64,000 nucleotides of DNA, from NCBI GenBank assembly GCA_965637545.1, contig OZ281497.1, positions 18,786,001 to 18,850,000 of the forward strand, in the 5' to 3' direction. The notes beneath the pieces were generated by a model, which saw only the letters and a program-made list of their open reading frames with translations, was not told the origin of the DNA and ran no database searches. This stretch comes from Phallusia mammillata (Eukaryota). Shown one piece after another: positions 48,943 to 59,897 of the stretch. Position numbers and translations under genes: made by a program. Each line of letters starts with the position of its first letter. Position 1 is the stretch's first letter.

Positions 48943-51900
48943 ATGTCACAAATTCCAGGAAAGTTTGTTGCTGTTGGTGTGGGTGCCGGGTTTTCATGTT
49001 TGGTGTACAGCGCTGCGATTTGTGTATCTTCCAACTTCAAGCAACAGATCAGTATTCCCACCAAGGTTTTGGAGACTGAAAAACTCAAGGCATATCTATA
49101 TCTTGGGTAAGCGGAAATCAGCGTTAAAACACAGAGAAATATGTTGAAACTATAAACTGGTAACTATTAATTATTTTCAAAACTGGATAGTTGCAAATAC
49201 ATGAAAAATTAGTAGATCAGCTTTCTTGATTGTTGCATCAGTACATGTCATTTTAATTTGTTTTTCTTCAAGAATTTTGACAGAGTCACAGACTGTTTTT
49301 GCTTGAATCACTGTAATATAAGTCTTGTAAGCTATCCACCAGTATTTGCAAATTTTGATGTAAAATATGTAAAGGTTTGAGTTGGAAACCCTGTTTTGTT
49401 CATGTTTGTTTGTTCTAAAAATATCACATTGATTTGAAAGTAAACAAAGCAAATGTTTTTCAGGAAAAACAGGTTACTGCACCCTCACCAAGAAAACCCA
49501 AACAAAGGATCACTGAGTCCTGAAGCAAGACAGGCTATCAGAGAAATTTTTCCTGCACCTTTAGGTGTTTACATATATTTCTTGTACTTGTCCCTTAAAC
49601 AGTGTTTTAAACATTTTGTTTGTAGCCAAGTTCATTCTACTCATTGATCGAAAAGGGGTTGATTTAGCTGAAGACTATGTTTCACCTTGGTCTGTATTGC
49701 GTGATGCCTACTCACAAAACAAGAACATTCGATTGAGGACTGTGGAAAAAATTGCTGCATACAAAGATTGGAATGGTAAGATTTAATTAAAATAGTGTTG
49801 CCAAAAATACCTTTTTACTGTTTATAAAAATACAGAAAAACCATGACTAACATCCTTGAAAGTTTAAGCATGAAGGTTTTGTTTTTGTGTTGAACAGCAT
49901 GGAAGTTGTCAGTATGACTGTGTGTGTTAATTGCAGATTTAAACAGATTGCCAGCAAAAGCATGTCAAAGTTTGAGGTGTAGAGACAGCAATAAGACTTT
50001 TTAACTTTAGTGTATTGTTTGACAAGAAATGTATGCAAGTTTGGTTGAAAAAGCTTGTGTTGTTGGATTTATTTTAGTTAAGCTTGTGATTTATATCAAT
50101 GTTACTGGATTATGCTTTGTTGCGAGCCAGAAAACAAACACAGGAAAGATAGAATAGGATGGAAAGCTTCATTTAAGTTTGATGATGATGATGAGGATAA
50201 CCTAAAAAGTATTAATTTGGGTAAGATTAAGTACACAGAATATTTCAAAATTTTCTTGTTTTTTTATTGCCAATGGTTTATTTTGCATCTTGTGCTAACA
50301 ATACATTTAAATGCCTAAATAGATGCTGAGTTTAGAACATTGGCACAAGCATTGGATCCCATTACATTGGTTGGACTTGCACGAACATTTGATGTTGATC
50401 TTAGACTCTTTCTACCCCCTCCTTCATTGCCACCACTAAAGAATGAACAAGAACTGGGTAAAATCCAAAGCCATAACACCTGTCAAAATTCCTAAAACAA
50501 ACTTAAGCAAAACTATAAAGAGAAAAATTTTAGTGTCTTTTAAATGTCAAATTTTAAAAGCAAACCAAATAGCTTGGGTGATACCTTGCAGAGGACATGC
50601 TCAGAGAACTTCTTGTCAAGCTACCTCAGGAGGATGTTGATCAGTGTGTTCGTTATTTTACATCTGGTGCATTGAGCCTCAGTGAGGAGCAACAATTAAA
50701 AAGGGTGTGAAAATTAAACACTATTGCTTTATACTTTACAAACATAATGTATTTGTCAACTTGTGCAAAACAAAACTTTGTTATTAAGGGAGGATTGTGG
50801 TGCTTCGGTGGAAATGGCCTAAATTACACACGCGACATAATGCCACAGGAAAAAGTAGAGCTCTTTTGTCTGCAGGCCTTAGTAAAGCATTCTAAGGTAA
50901 GAGATAATCCGTTGCCACTCACGAGTACCACAGCCACTAGAATATGTATACGTGCCGACATGAGCATTTCATCTGTCAACGCGATTAACGAAAGTCATTT
51001 CTAACTAGCCCAGAGCTATACGCATCAGTGTGGTCTAAGTTAGTGACAAAAACATCAGTGTTAAGGCCCTCTATCTTGTCTGAATGCACTCATAACAGGA
51101 ACTGCGTTTATTGCCCGAGTAGTTGCACGTGTAATGTTGTCATCATCGCTTGCTGTTTTTCGTCCTCTTCCGTGAACTTTATTAAAGAAACTTAAACCAA
51201 ATAAGTTGATGTAAACAGTAAGCGAGCACCTTGAACAAACCTTCAACCCTTTACTCATTGCTCGCACGTGGTAATGCAAAAATATTTAAGTTTTCGTTGT
51301 AGTTTGAAGAGCACTGTGCGATGATGGTGAAGTTGGGAGCTCTGCAACTTTTGCAGCGAATTGGAAAAGCACGGACCGACTTAGAGATACAACTTAATAT
51401 CGTGCGGTTGGTAAATTTGGAATAATAAACACCGTTGTTATTGGAGCATAGTTTTTATAAATGGACATTGTTGGAAAGCAGTAATATTTATGTAACCTTG
51501 TTTAAGGACTGCCTCAAACTCACTTTGTAGTGAGCCCCAGTCACAGAACGTTTTTTAATCACGTTTATCTCATATGTTGCTCAGTCAATTCCGATATTGT
51601 TGTAGTGGAATGGTATTGGTATGTCATTGGTGAGCAAGCGAAATGTACTCGACCCATTTCAAGGCTTTTATACAGAAACTCACATTTACCGTATGCAGAA
51701 TTATGGAGTGTTTGATAAACTGCATTTTGCATTGCATTTTTAGAACTATCGGAAACATTTGTCGGTTTCCACGTTTCCATGAGCAAGTCCATCGTTCCGG
51801 ATGGGTGACGTTACTCGCCGAATTCTCCAAATCCGGTAACGCTCCGATGAGAATGCAGGTACGTATTCGATGCGCCACCTCGTGGCCAAAATTATAATCT

Positions 51901-54900
51901 GTAAACTCATGTTTAAAAACGGAAATACTGTAACATTTAATTTATAACACAGGCTTCCCGAGCTCTGGCTAATTTGGATCGTGAAACAATGAAAGATGTT
52001 TTCGAAGATGGAGCTTACCTTGTTTACCCGCGATATAGATCAAGGTAGGTAAATGCAGTGAGGACAACCGCTCTTCAATAACATTGACAGTCGTTGATCG
52101 TGTCACTGCCGTTGGGTGATGACTCAAGTGTTTTTCCTGCATGTGCAACCACATCGGTTTCCGGGTTAATATGTCTCGAATATGATAGCCGAGTCAGCGA
52201 AAACAAATTAAATTATTTTTTTGTGGTCCAAATTGTTTGTCAACTCACAAAACACGCCAAACACCACAACGCGGTCGATATACTGAAATTATCCTCGCGA
52301 TTTACCCGAAAATCGCCGATTCGCTGAGTATCATGTAAGCCGAGCGCGAATAGCCCACCTGGAAATCTGTAATCGACGCCTAAAATCCGTACCAGCGTGG
52401 ATTACGAGCGGCGTTTAATCCCGATCGGCACAGGAGAATCTTCTCCGGGCCTGCAACCCTCGGAATTCGGGCTATTTTGGTTCGCTTATATTTGACTTGT
52501 CGACAGATTAAAGCCCGAAGCTGATGTTGTGTTTATCCACGGCCTAATGGGAGGAGCTTTTTACTCCTGGCGTCAGCAAGAGGGTGTGAGCGGATCTGAA
52601 GAAGAGAGAACTGATTGCTGGCCCGAGGTTTGTGTGAATAGAATGCCCGACTTCGCAGTTTAAGCCTTATCATAAAATTAACAGTAAAATTTATCGCCTT
52701 TGCGTTTAAGCCATGTGGGAGAAAATATCGTGTACGATTTGTTTGCGGTCTTGTGGAAAACACCGCAAATCGTATTATGGATTTCGGTAGTGAGGGCCGT
52801 ACCAGGAATTATTCTAATCTTCTGTTTTTTTTCTGTTCGCGGCTTTTTTGTTTTTTCCTACAATTTAGTCTGTATTGTATACAAATCTAACTTATTGGTT
52901 TAAACTGTATAACTTGCGTAAAGGTGCAAGTTGTTGAATAAACATTTATTGGTACAATAAGGCGGATAATAAAACGGACAAAAAGTACACGGGTTAAATG
53001 TTTACGGTCTGTAATAATACTTTTGTCCGCTTGGTGGTGCGAGTGTTGCAAGTCAATGTAATTGGAGCTGGACGTCTCGTTCATGTCACGTATCGTATCC
53101 ATGCTATGGGTATAGAAAAAAAATCGCTTTCCTTTTCACTTTTCAATTCTTGTATTTGATGTTTTTGACCTTTAGGATTGGATACCACGTGACCTTCCTG
53201 GTTGTCGCGTCATGTGTGTGGAATATGACACCGAGTTGACAGAGTGGAAGGCGATGTGCCCGCATGAACCCGAGACGAGAACAATATCGTTCCGTAGCAG
53301 AACCATTCTCGACAAAATGCAACGGGCCGGACTCGGTGATAGGTGCTGGGCTAATGTTTGAAATCTATACTTGTTCGACGTAAAATAAAATATTCAGTGG
53401 AATACTCACATAAGGATCCCGATAGTAGTGGAATGTTTCTAGTGTGATACATGATTTTGTATATTTTTCCAAATATGGCACCAACTGATGAGTAACCATG
53501 ACTCCTCTAAAATACGCAATCTACTATTCAAACCATGCAATATACGGAATTTATTAAAATAAAAAGTAAATCAATACAATGCTCGGGCTTCAAACGCAAT
53601 TTATTCCAGTCTACAAACCTAACCATTGTGTCTTTTTTACCACGTGTATTTTTTTTAACCGCCAGCATTTTTAAAAAGTTTCTTAGAAACATTGCGTTTT
53701 TTATCATAGCCCCGTACACGTCTGAAGGAAAATTAACCCGCCCTATGTTATTCAGACTTTTTTTGCAGACCGATCGTATGGGTTGCGCATTCGATGGGAG
53801 GCCTAATTGTGAAGCACATGTTAATGGACGCCATGCAAAACTCAAAGAAGTACGGAACGATTTTAAAGAAGACCAAGTTCGTATGCATTTCAACCTTTGA
53901 ATACAAGCTATCGCCAACATGCAATGATTTCCCCTTTCTGACATTTTCAGGGGAGTCGTATTCTACAGCACACCACATTTCGGTTCACAATTGGCCAACT
54001 ATTCGCGCAAGGTTCGACGCTTGTTGTTTCCCTCTGTAGAGGTGATGGAACTCAGCCACGGTAAGTTTACGTCCTCGTATTCGAAATAACAAAATTGTAC
54101 AAATATGAGATAGCGGTTACTTTTATTTACTTCGTTGTTCCCACAAAGTCCATCCCCACGCTGCCTGTTTCTACAGCACGTTTATTAAGTTATTTTTTGT
54201 TTGAGTTTTGTGGCTTAAAAATGTGTTGAATTTGGTCCAGAACTTAGTTTTTGAACCCTTCGCTAGTTTGTCGTTTAACCAATACTTGAATATTTTTACA
54301 TTTCGAAAAAGCACTTGTCATTGGTCACTAAGCTAACGCCCATAATTGAACTTCAATTTTCCAAATTCTACACTCACCACACGTACATCGTCACCTCATT
54401 GGACCTTTCGCCAATCTGATTGAAAATGGGCGTGAAAAACTCGATTGAGTGGGTCCATTATATTGTTGTTTTTGGTGGGATTAGCCTTGTCCAAGCGTCT
54501 TCACACAGGGACGGGATCGATTGTTTCCGCGATAAGACAACGAATTTCGATCGCGGCTTTCCAAATCTCTTTGGCACATTAGCACGCGGATGTACCACAT
54601 CGATCTTGCTGCAAATTCGCCAACCACGGTGGTGAACATCTTTTCACAAGATTACGCAACACAAAAATAAGAGGTTGCATAACTCCTATTGATTTGTGAC
54701 GAACATACGTGCAGCAAGTCCAATGCAACTGTTTATAATTTTCCTATGTTGGTTTCGGCTTTGTAAACTTTGAATGTGGTGATGGCCAATATTCCTCAAA
54801 AGCTGCCCACCTGCGCACTGTTCGAACCTTCACAGCTATATTACTGCATAAACAGCTAACTTTGTGGTCCTCTGAGTGCTTGTTTTCATGGTTTGAAACA

Positions 54901-55689
54901 TAACAATACATGAGACATTGCTAATGCAGTATGGTCTTTTTAATCTTCTTAAATAGTTGACTTCTACCCTATATTTTTTGTCCAGACTCTCCGACACTAG
55001 GAGTGCTCAACGACAACCTGCGTGATCTGGCGGAACGTGCCAAAGTTCGCGTGTTGAGTTTTGGTGAAATGCAGACGACCAACATCGGTCTGGGTCCTCA
55101 CATCAAGATTCACATTGTGCCACCAGAATCAGCGGGTAAACTACTGATCTATTTTTCAAATTTGCGTTTTTAACATATTAAACAACGATTTAAAACTCCA
55201 CTTTTAACACTTTTCAAATTGTTTAAATCCACAAAATATGAATGCCGGCTGTTAGGTTTTGGATAAGGGCTTCTGAACTGTAGTACCACCCCCGGTTGTT
55301 AGGTTGCAGTATGCATTTAATTGACACAATACACCAATTTCTGTGTGCGAGCGAAGTTTTTAATTGACAAAACGTACACATTGGAGAAAAATGTTGGGAA
55401 ACCTTGTTTTGATATTACCAGATTACAGCACGTTCAGTTACTAATAAACAATGAGTTATATTTTTCACCAGACCCTGGAGTTGGGGAATTTGTCCTTGCC
55501 GACACCAACCACCTCAACATCTGCAAGCCTTCGAGTCGTCACAGTTCTTTGTATCAGCAGACAGTCAACTTTATTCGGTCCTGTGTGAAACCGCCTCTAC
55601 CAAGCGATCAGTCGTCGTCTAAACCAAACCCCAAGGCTTACACCGAAGAGGATCGTGCACCTACCCACAGCAATCCATTTGTGTGGTAG
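48943..55689 (+). CDS. SERAC1: Protein SERAC1 (serine active site-containing 1; lipase/acyltransferase fold), 15 exons, 651 aa
   Basis: Exons 48943-49106, 49464-49564, 49626-49775, 50323-50457, 50592-50704, 50789-50896, 51303-51406, 51744-51858, 51953-52044, 52507-52627, 53176-53342, 53769-53876, 53951-54060, 54986-55135 and 55472-55689 splice in frame. Family motifs: [83 protein letters not shown] (catalytic Ser), [12 protein letters not shown] and NHLNICKP. Confidence 0.96.
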
Positions 55690-56361
55690 TCCAGGACCCC
55701 AAAACCTCTTACAACGCACTGTGATGTAGAAAACATTTTACCCACGACAGCCTGAATTGTTTCCTGGAGATTATTAGTCGACTCTTGTACGTGTTTTCAG
55801 TATATTGGCTAAATCTTTTATGAAAAAATAAACATTTTAGCGTGTGGCGATTGCCTTGGTATGTCTTCGCTTTGTACACTGTGCTATACTTCCCTAAACC
55901 TATGCTCATTTGTTCACTTTTCGTTGATTTTATTCTTTACTGCTTGTTAAGTACAACCACCACAAACAAGATTGTACATGTGTTACAATACGGCACAATA
56001 TAAACTGCCCAATACGGAACGCTTGCAATTATATTTATCAAAGGCAATGCTAGTATGTTGCGCCTCAAATTTATTGTTTATCATTTGCTGATCTTCGTTT
56101 TAATCCCATGTTTGTTTCACAGGAATATTAAGTTTGTTTATTTAAAAAAAAAATTGTCTGAATTTTGTTGGTTGTTGTGTTTGAGATCAATTGAACAGCT
56201 ACAAGTTATTAAGCAGGTAGTATTTTTATAGTGTTTGTAACCTTACACTATGATAGTTTATTTACCACTACAGCTTTCGACCACTAAAGAATTTCTGAAT
56301 GCTTTTTATAACAAGTTGCGCTTTTATCTCGATCCATTTATACCTATTTTTTCGATCAGAC

Positions 56362-58487
56362 ATGGGTTCCGGGGAGTTGTTGGATGCTAAAGCATTGGAT
56401 CAGGCATGTAAAGTCGTATGGGAATCTCCCGATTGTGTTAGGACTCCTTTACTGAAAAACATCGAGAAACTTGGCTTCGTAGATGTACCAGAAGGTGTCC
56501 AGGTTCATCTCAAGTTGGAAAATATGCAGTTGACAGGTAAGGTTAATGTTGGTGTAACTCTAAATCCAGCGTCTCTAAAGATGTGGCAAGCATTCTTCAT
56601 TCAACATCGACATTTTACGATGCTGCCTAATAAGATTTAAACTAGAGCGACCCCAAATACCGTTTGTGTTCAAAACTCCCAGGTTCGTTTAAAAGTCGTG
56701 GCGTGGCTTCACAAATGGCACAGGCCCCGGAAGAAATTGTGTCAGGCAAAAAGCAGCTGGTAACCATATCCGCTGGAAACTACGGCAAGACGTTTGCTTA
56801 TTTCTGCAAGAGCCGCGGCATCCAAGGAAACGTGATTATGCCCATCACAGCCCCAGACAGCCGTCAGACGCTGATCGAGGCAAGTAAATTTCAAATGTAT
56901 TTTTATTGCATCGACCCTTCGCACATTGTATTGATCGCGACTGCGCACGCGCCTAATCTATTTACTTGGTCGATGTTGATCGTTGACCCGGTAAGATCTT
57001 GCAAAACAAGTTTGTTGTTTTTTATAGTTTGTTTACATATACCTCCAAGCGTTGGGAGGTTGAGTTTCTAACTAGAAGCTTCAACATAAAAGGTCCTTGC
57101 CACCTTCAAAATATCGTCTTGGTGTTTTCGAAGAAATTTGTTGAAAAAATTCTATACAACTTAATTATGGCATTTGCATGGTAAAGTAAAATCTATATTC
57201 TCTGTCTTTCATTGTAGAAAATTGGTTGCAAGGTATTGCGTGTGCCCACAGCCGATTTGATGATGAAGGTTAATCAGTTAGCAAAAGAAGAGGGAATGAC
57301 GTTTTTGCATCCATTCGATGACGTCAGTATTATCGCTGGCTATGGAAGGTTAGTGAAACCATAGACTGCCTGTACACGACCAAAGCCTATACACAACGGC
57401 CAAGCGTTTTTGCACATGCGCAATTGAAATTTATTTTATAATGGCCAATTCACTTACGTACTTATAAACGTTGTTTTTAGTTTGGATCGACAGGTTTGAG
57501 CTAGTAACTTCCACTTAAGCTACACGGTTAAAAAGATAATGACAAAAATCAAACATGACATTGCGTCTATTTAACGAATCCTTCGCGCATGTGGAAGTGC
57601 ATTATTTTGAAGAATACGCAAGTTTGAATTGTTTTATTGCAGTGTTGGTGCAGAGATTGTGGATGAAGTGAAACCTGATGTGGTTTTGGTTTGCTGTGGA
57701 GGAGGAGGTTTACTTTCAGGAGTCGCTGCATCAATAAGGTTGCTGGGATACAATGAATGCAAGATATATGGCGTTGAACCGGAAACAGGTAAGAACAACT
57801 TTCCAAATTTTCCAATCCGGCAGTAAAGTATTGTTTATTAAATATAAAAATTATGTGTTGTGTTTAATTATGTCCAAACATTTAAAGAGCAATACAAAAA
57901 CGACAAAATTACAAAGCGAAATCAAATGCTGTAAAGAAAATTGCCAAAGTATTGCAACCCCTTCGCATTTGCCGTATATCAACTGCTCCAATCCAACAAA
58001 AGGTTACAAACTGCAAACTGGGCTAGTTGCCATTAAATTTTCGTTTAAAGATTTTCTTAGATCACATTGTTGGTTGATTAATGAATTGGATCACAGACAA
58101 GCATTCAATAGTCATTTTGAGCTATAGGGATATCATTTTTCAGCTAACACAATGCAACTGAGTCTCCAGTCCGGTGAAGCTGCATCGCTTTCAACTGCTC
58201 ACAGTGTCGCAGCGGGACTTGCGCCGCCGTTTGCCGGCAAGATTTGCTACAAGCACGCGAGCAAGTTCGCTGACGGTGTGATCACGCTCAGCGACAGTGA
58301 AATCGCTGCAGCGACTAAAGTTCTTTACCAGCGTGGGTTACTCGTCGAGCCGTCAGGAGCTGCGGCCTTTGGGGCTGTCATGTTCGGAAAAGTCCCCGAT
58401 CTAAGAGGGACGGTGGTAGCGGTTGTGACTGGTGGCAATGCAACGCCTAGCGAGATGGCAGAGATGTTCGAGCAGTTCGCTTTGTGA
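56362..58487 (+). CDS. PLP-dependent fold-type II enzyme, L-serine/L-threonine dehydratase-like (serine racemase family), 5 exons, 330 aa
   Basis: Exons 56362-56536, 56683-56879, 57218-57348, 57643-57788 and 58144-58487. Motifs: RTPLL; LKLENMQLTGSFKSRG (PLP lysine); TISAGNYG; FLHPFDDVSIIAGYG; CCGGGGLLSG (phosphate loop); YGVEP; LLVEPSGAAAFGA; VVTGGN. No C-terminal ACT regulatory domain. Intron 2 is GC-AG. Confidence 0.92.
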
Positions 58488-59120
58488 ATAATTTAACAGC
58501 TTAACCTGGACTAATTCGATTTGACCGCTTTCCATGTGTCAATCAATGTCAAGGTTACAAAAAACAATTCAAGCACACAAAAATGGTGATGTGCATACAG
58601 TTTAACGTCGATTGGAAGTTCTTTTATTAATGCTTTTAATCTCGGTGCAGTTGCGGTGCAATATTAATTTTTTTAACGTTGTGTTTACATGCAAATAACC
58701 TCATATACCCAACAGCGCGCTTTTTATTAACCGTCTTTTTATGTGTGGTGTTTAATTTCTTGTTTCCAACACGGACTTTTAATTCACCGTAGTGGAATTC
58801 CTTGCATGTTTGTGCTGTTGTCGCGCTTTGAATTATGCATCAGATTGATTTCGCATCGTTTTTCACGACAACACAATTCATTATTAAAAAGGGTGTCTGG
58901 CATTTTGCTTGTCAAGACCCTTTTCTATTCAGGTTGAAAGTGGTTAGTTCAACAACTTCGGAATGGTTATGCAGCTGATTTTAGTAATAAATTTGTTAAG
59001 TAATTGCAGTTTTCTGCAATAGGAAGTCATATTTCATATACTTTCGGAAACTGTATTCCCTTTTCTGCTGTTATGTGTCCTCAATTTCAAGCGCAAAATG
59101 CCAAAAAGATTTAAAGTCGC

Positions 59121-59897
59121 TCAAGTTGTCATTACGTTGGCAAATAAAGACAAATCGTACGGCAGAAAACCCTTGCAATTATTCGCGCCACACAAGCACT
59201 GTTTTCGTTTAACGTTCTGCTCGCTGATTTCTTCATCGGCCAAACCACCATAGTGGAAGCTTAGTTCTTCCTCGGCGTTGATATTTTTTTTCGCAAACAA
59301 TGCCAACATAGGGATTTCCGAGTCCGCCCTCACAGGCACCATGACTAGGTTGGGGTCGCAACTGTGGTTCACCCATCTACCCACGTTACCCCTGTGACAG
59401 GGATCCACGTAGGTGCAGGTCATATTACCGCCATGATGGTGTTCGCGAACTGCGATCACGTAGTTCATATCGTCGGCCGACAATCGCTGGCATCGGTGGG
59501 CCGCCTCAACGTCGCTTAGCACCTCGCCTGCATACTCGCACACGAACTCACCGCGATCAATAGCTGCTGCGGTTTTCGCACCAACGCCTTTGTTTCCCTC
59601 AAACAGCAAAATTGGACGTTGTAGGCGATTCTGGACCAAGCGGTTTAAGCACTGATAACCACACTTGCACATTGAGTTGCATTCGTACACTGGAGGCGGA
59701 CTGTTGCTTGTTGTCACGTGATCATCGATGTGAATCAGTGTCGTTTTGCCATTAGCAGATTTTGTGTAGTTTGGGTTGAATCTGCGCAAGCAATCGCAAT
59801 CAACTTCGCAAGACTGTTTCACGCAGGAACATCCTTCGTAGGAAACTTCGTTCGGATCTATATCGCTTCTTGACGCTTTTACGTTCCCGGGTGTGTA
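59121..59897 (-). CDS. SETMAR: SETMAR-type histone-lysine N-methyltransferase (pre-SET, SET, post-SET; no transposase); main exon, first exon not located
   Basis: Acceptor ttgattctcag|TAC, then 258 aa: YTPGNV...DIDPNEVSYEGCSC; VYECNSMCKCGYQCLNRLVQ; GEFVCEYAGEVL; NYVIAVREH; YVDPCHRGNVGRWVNHSCDPNLVMVPVR; LALFAKKNINAEEELSFHYG; RKQCLCGANNCKGFLPYD. The Q|YTP intron position agrees with the SETMAR family as I recall it. Confidence 0.9.
   Translation of the reverse strand, partial: YTPGNVKASRSDIDPNEVSYEGCSCVKQSCEVDCDCLRRFNPNYTKSANGKTTLIHIDDHVTTSNSPPPVYECNSMCKCGYQCLNRLVQNRLQRPILLFEGNKGVGAKTAAAIDRGEFVCEYAGEVLSDVEAAHRCQRLSADDMNYVIAVREHHHGGNMTCTYVDPCHRGNVGRWVNHSCDPNLVMVPVRADSEIPMLALFAKKNINAEEELSFHYGGLADEEISEQNVKRKQCLCGANNCKGFLPYDLSLFANVMTT

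Noticed and set aside
53535-53944. ORF-track entries of 121 aa (+) and 138 aa (-) across SERAC1 exon 12
   Set aside because: They are alternative-frame or antisense read-throughs overlapping the real exon; only the intronic minus-strand part is kept, as part of the nested-gene hypothesis.
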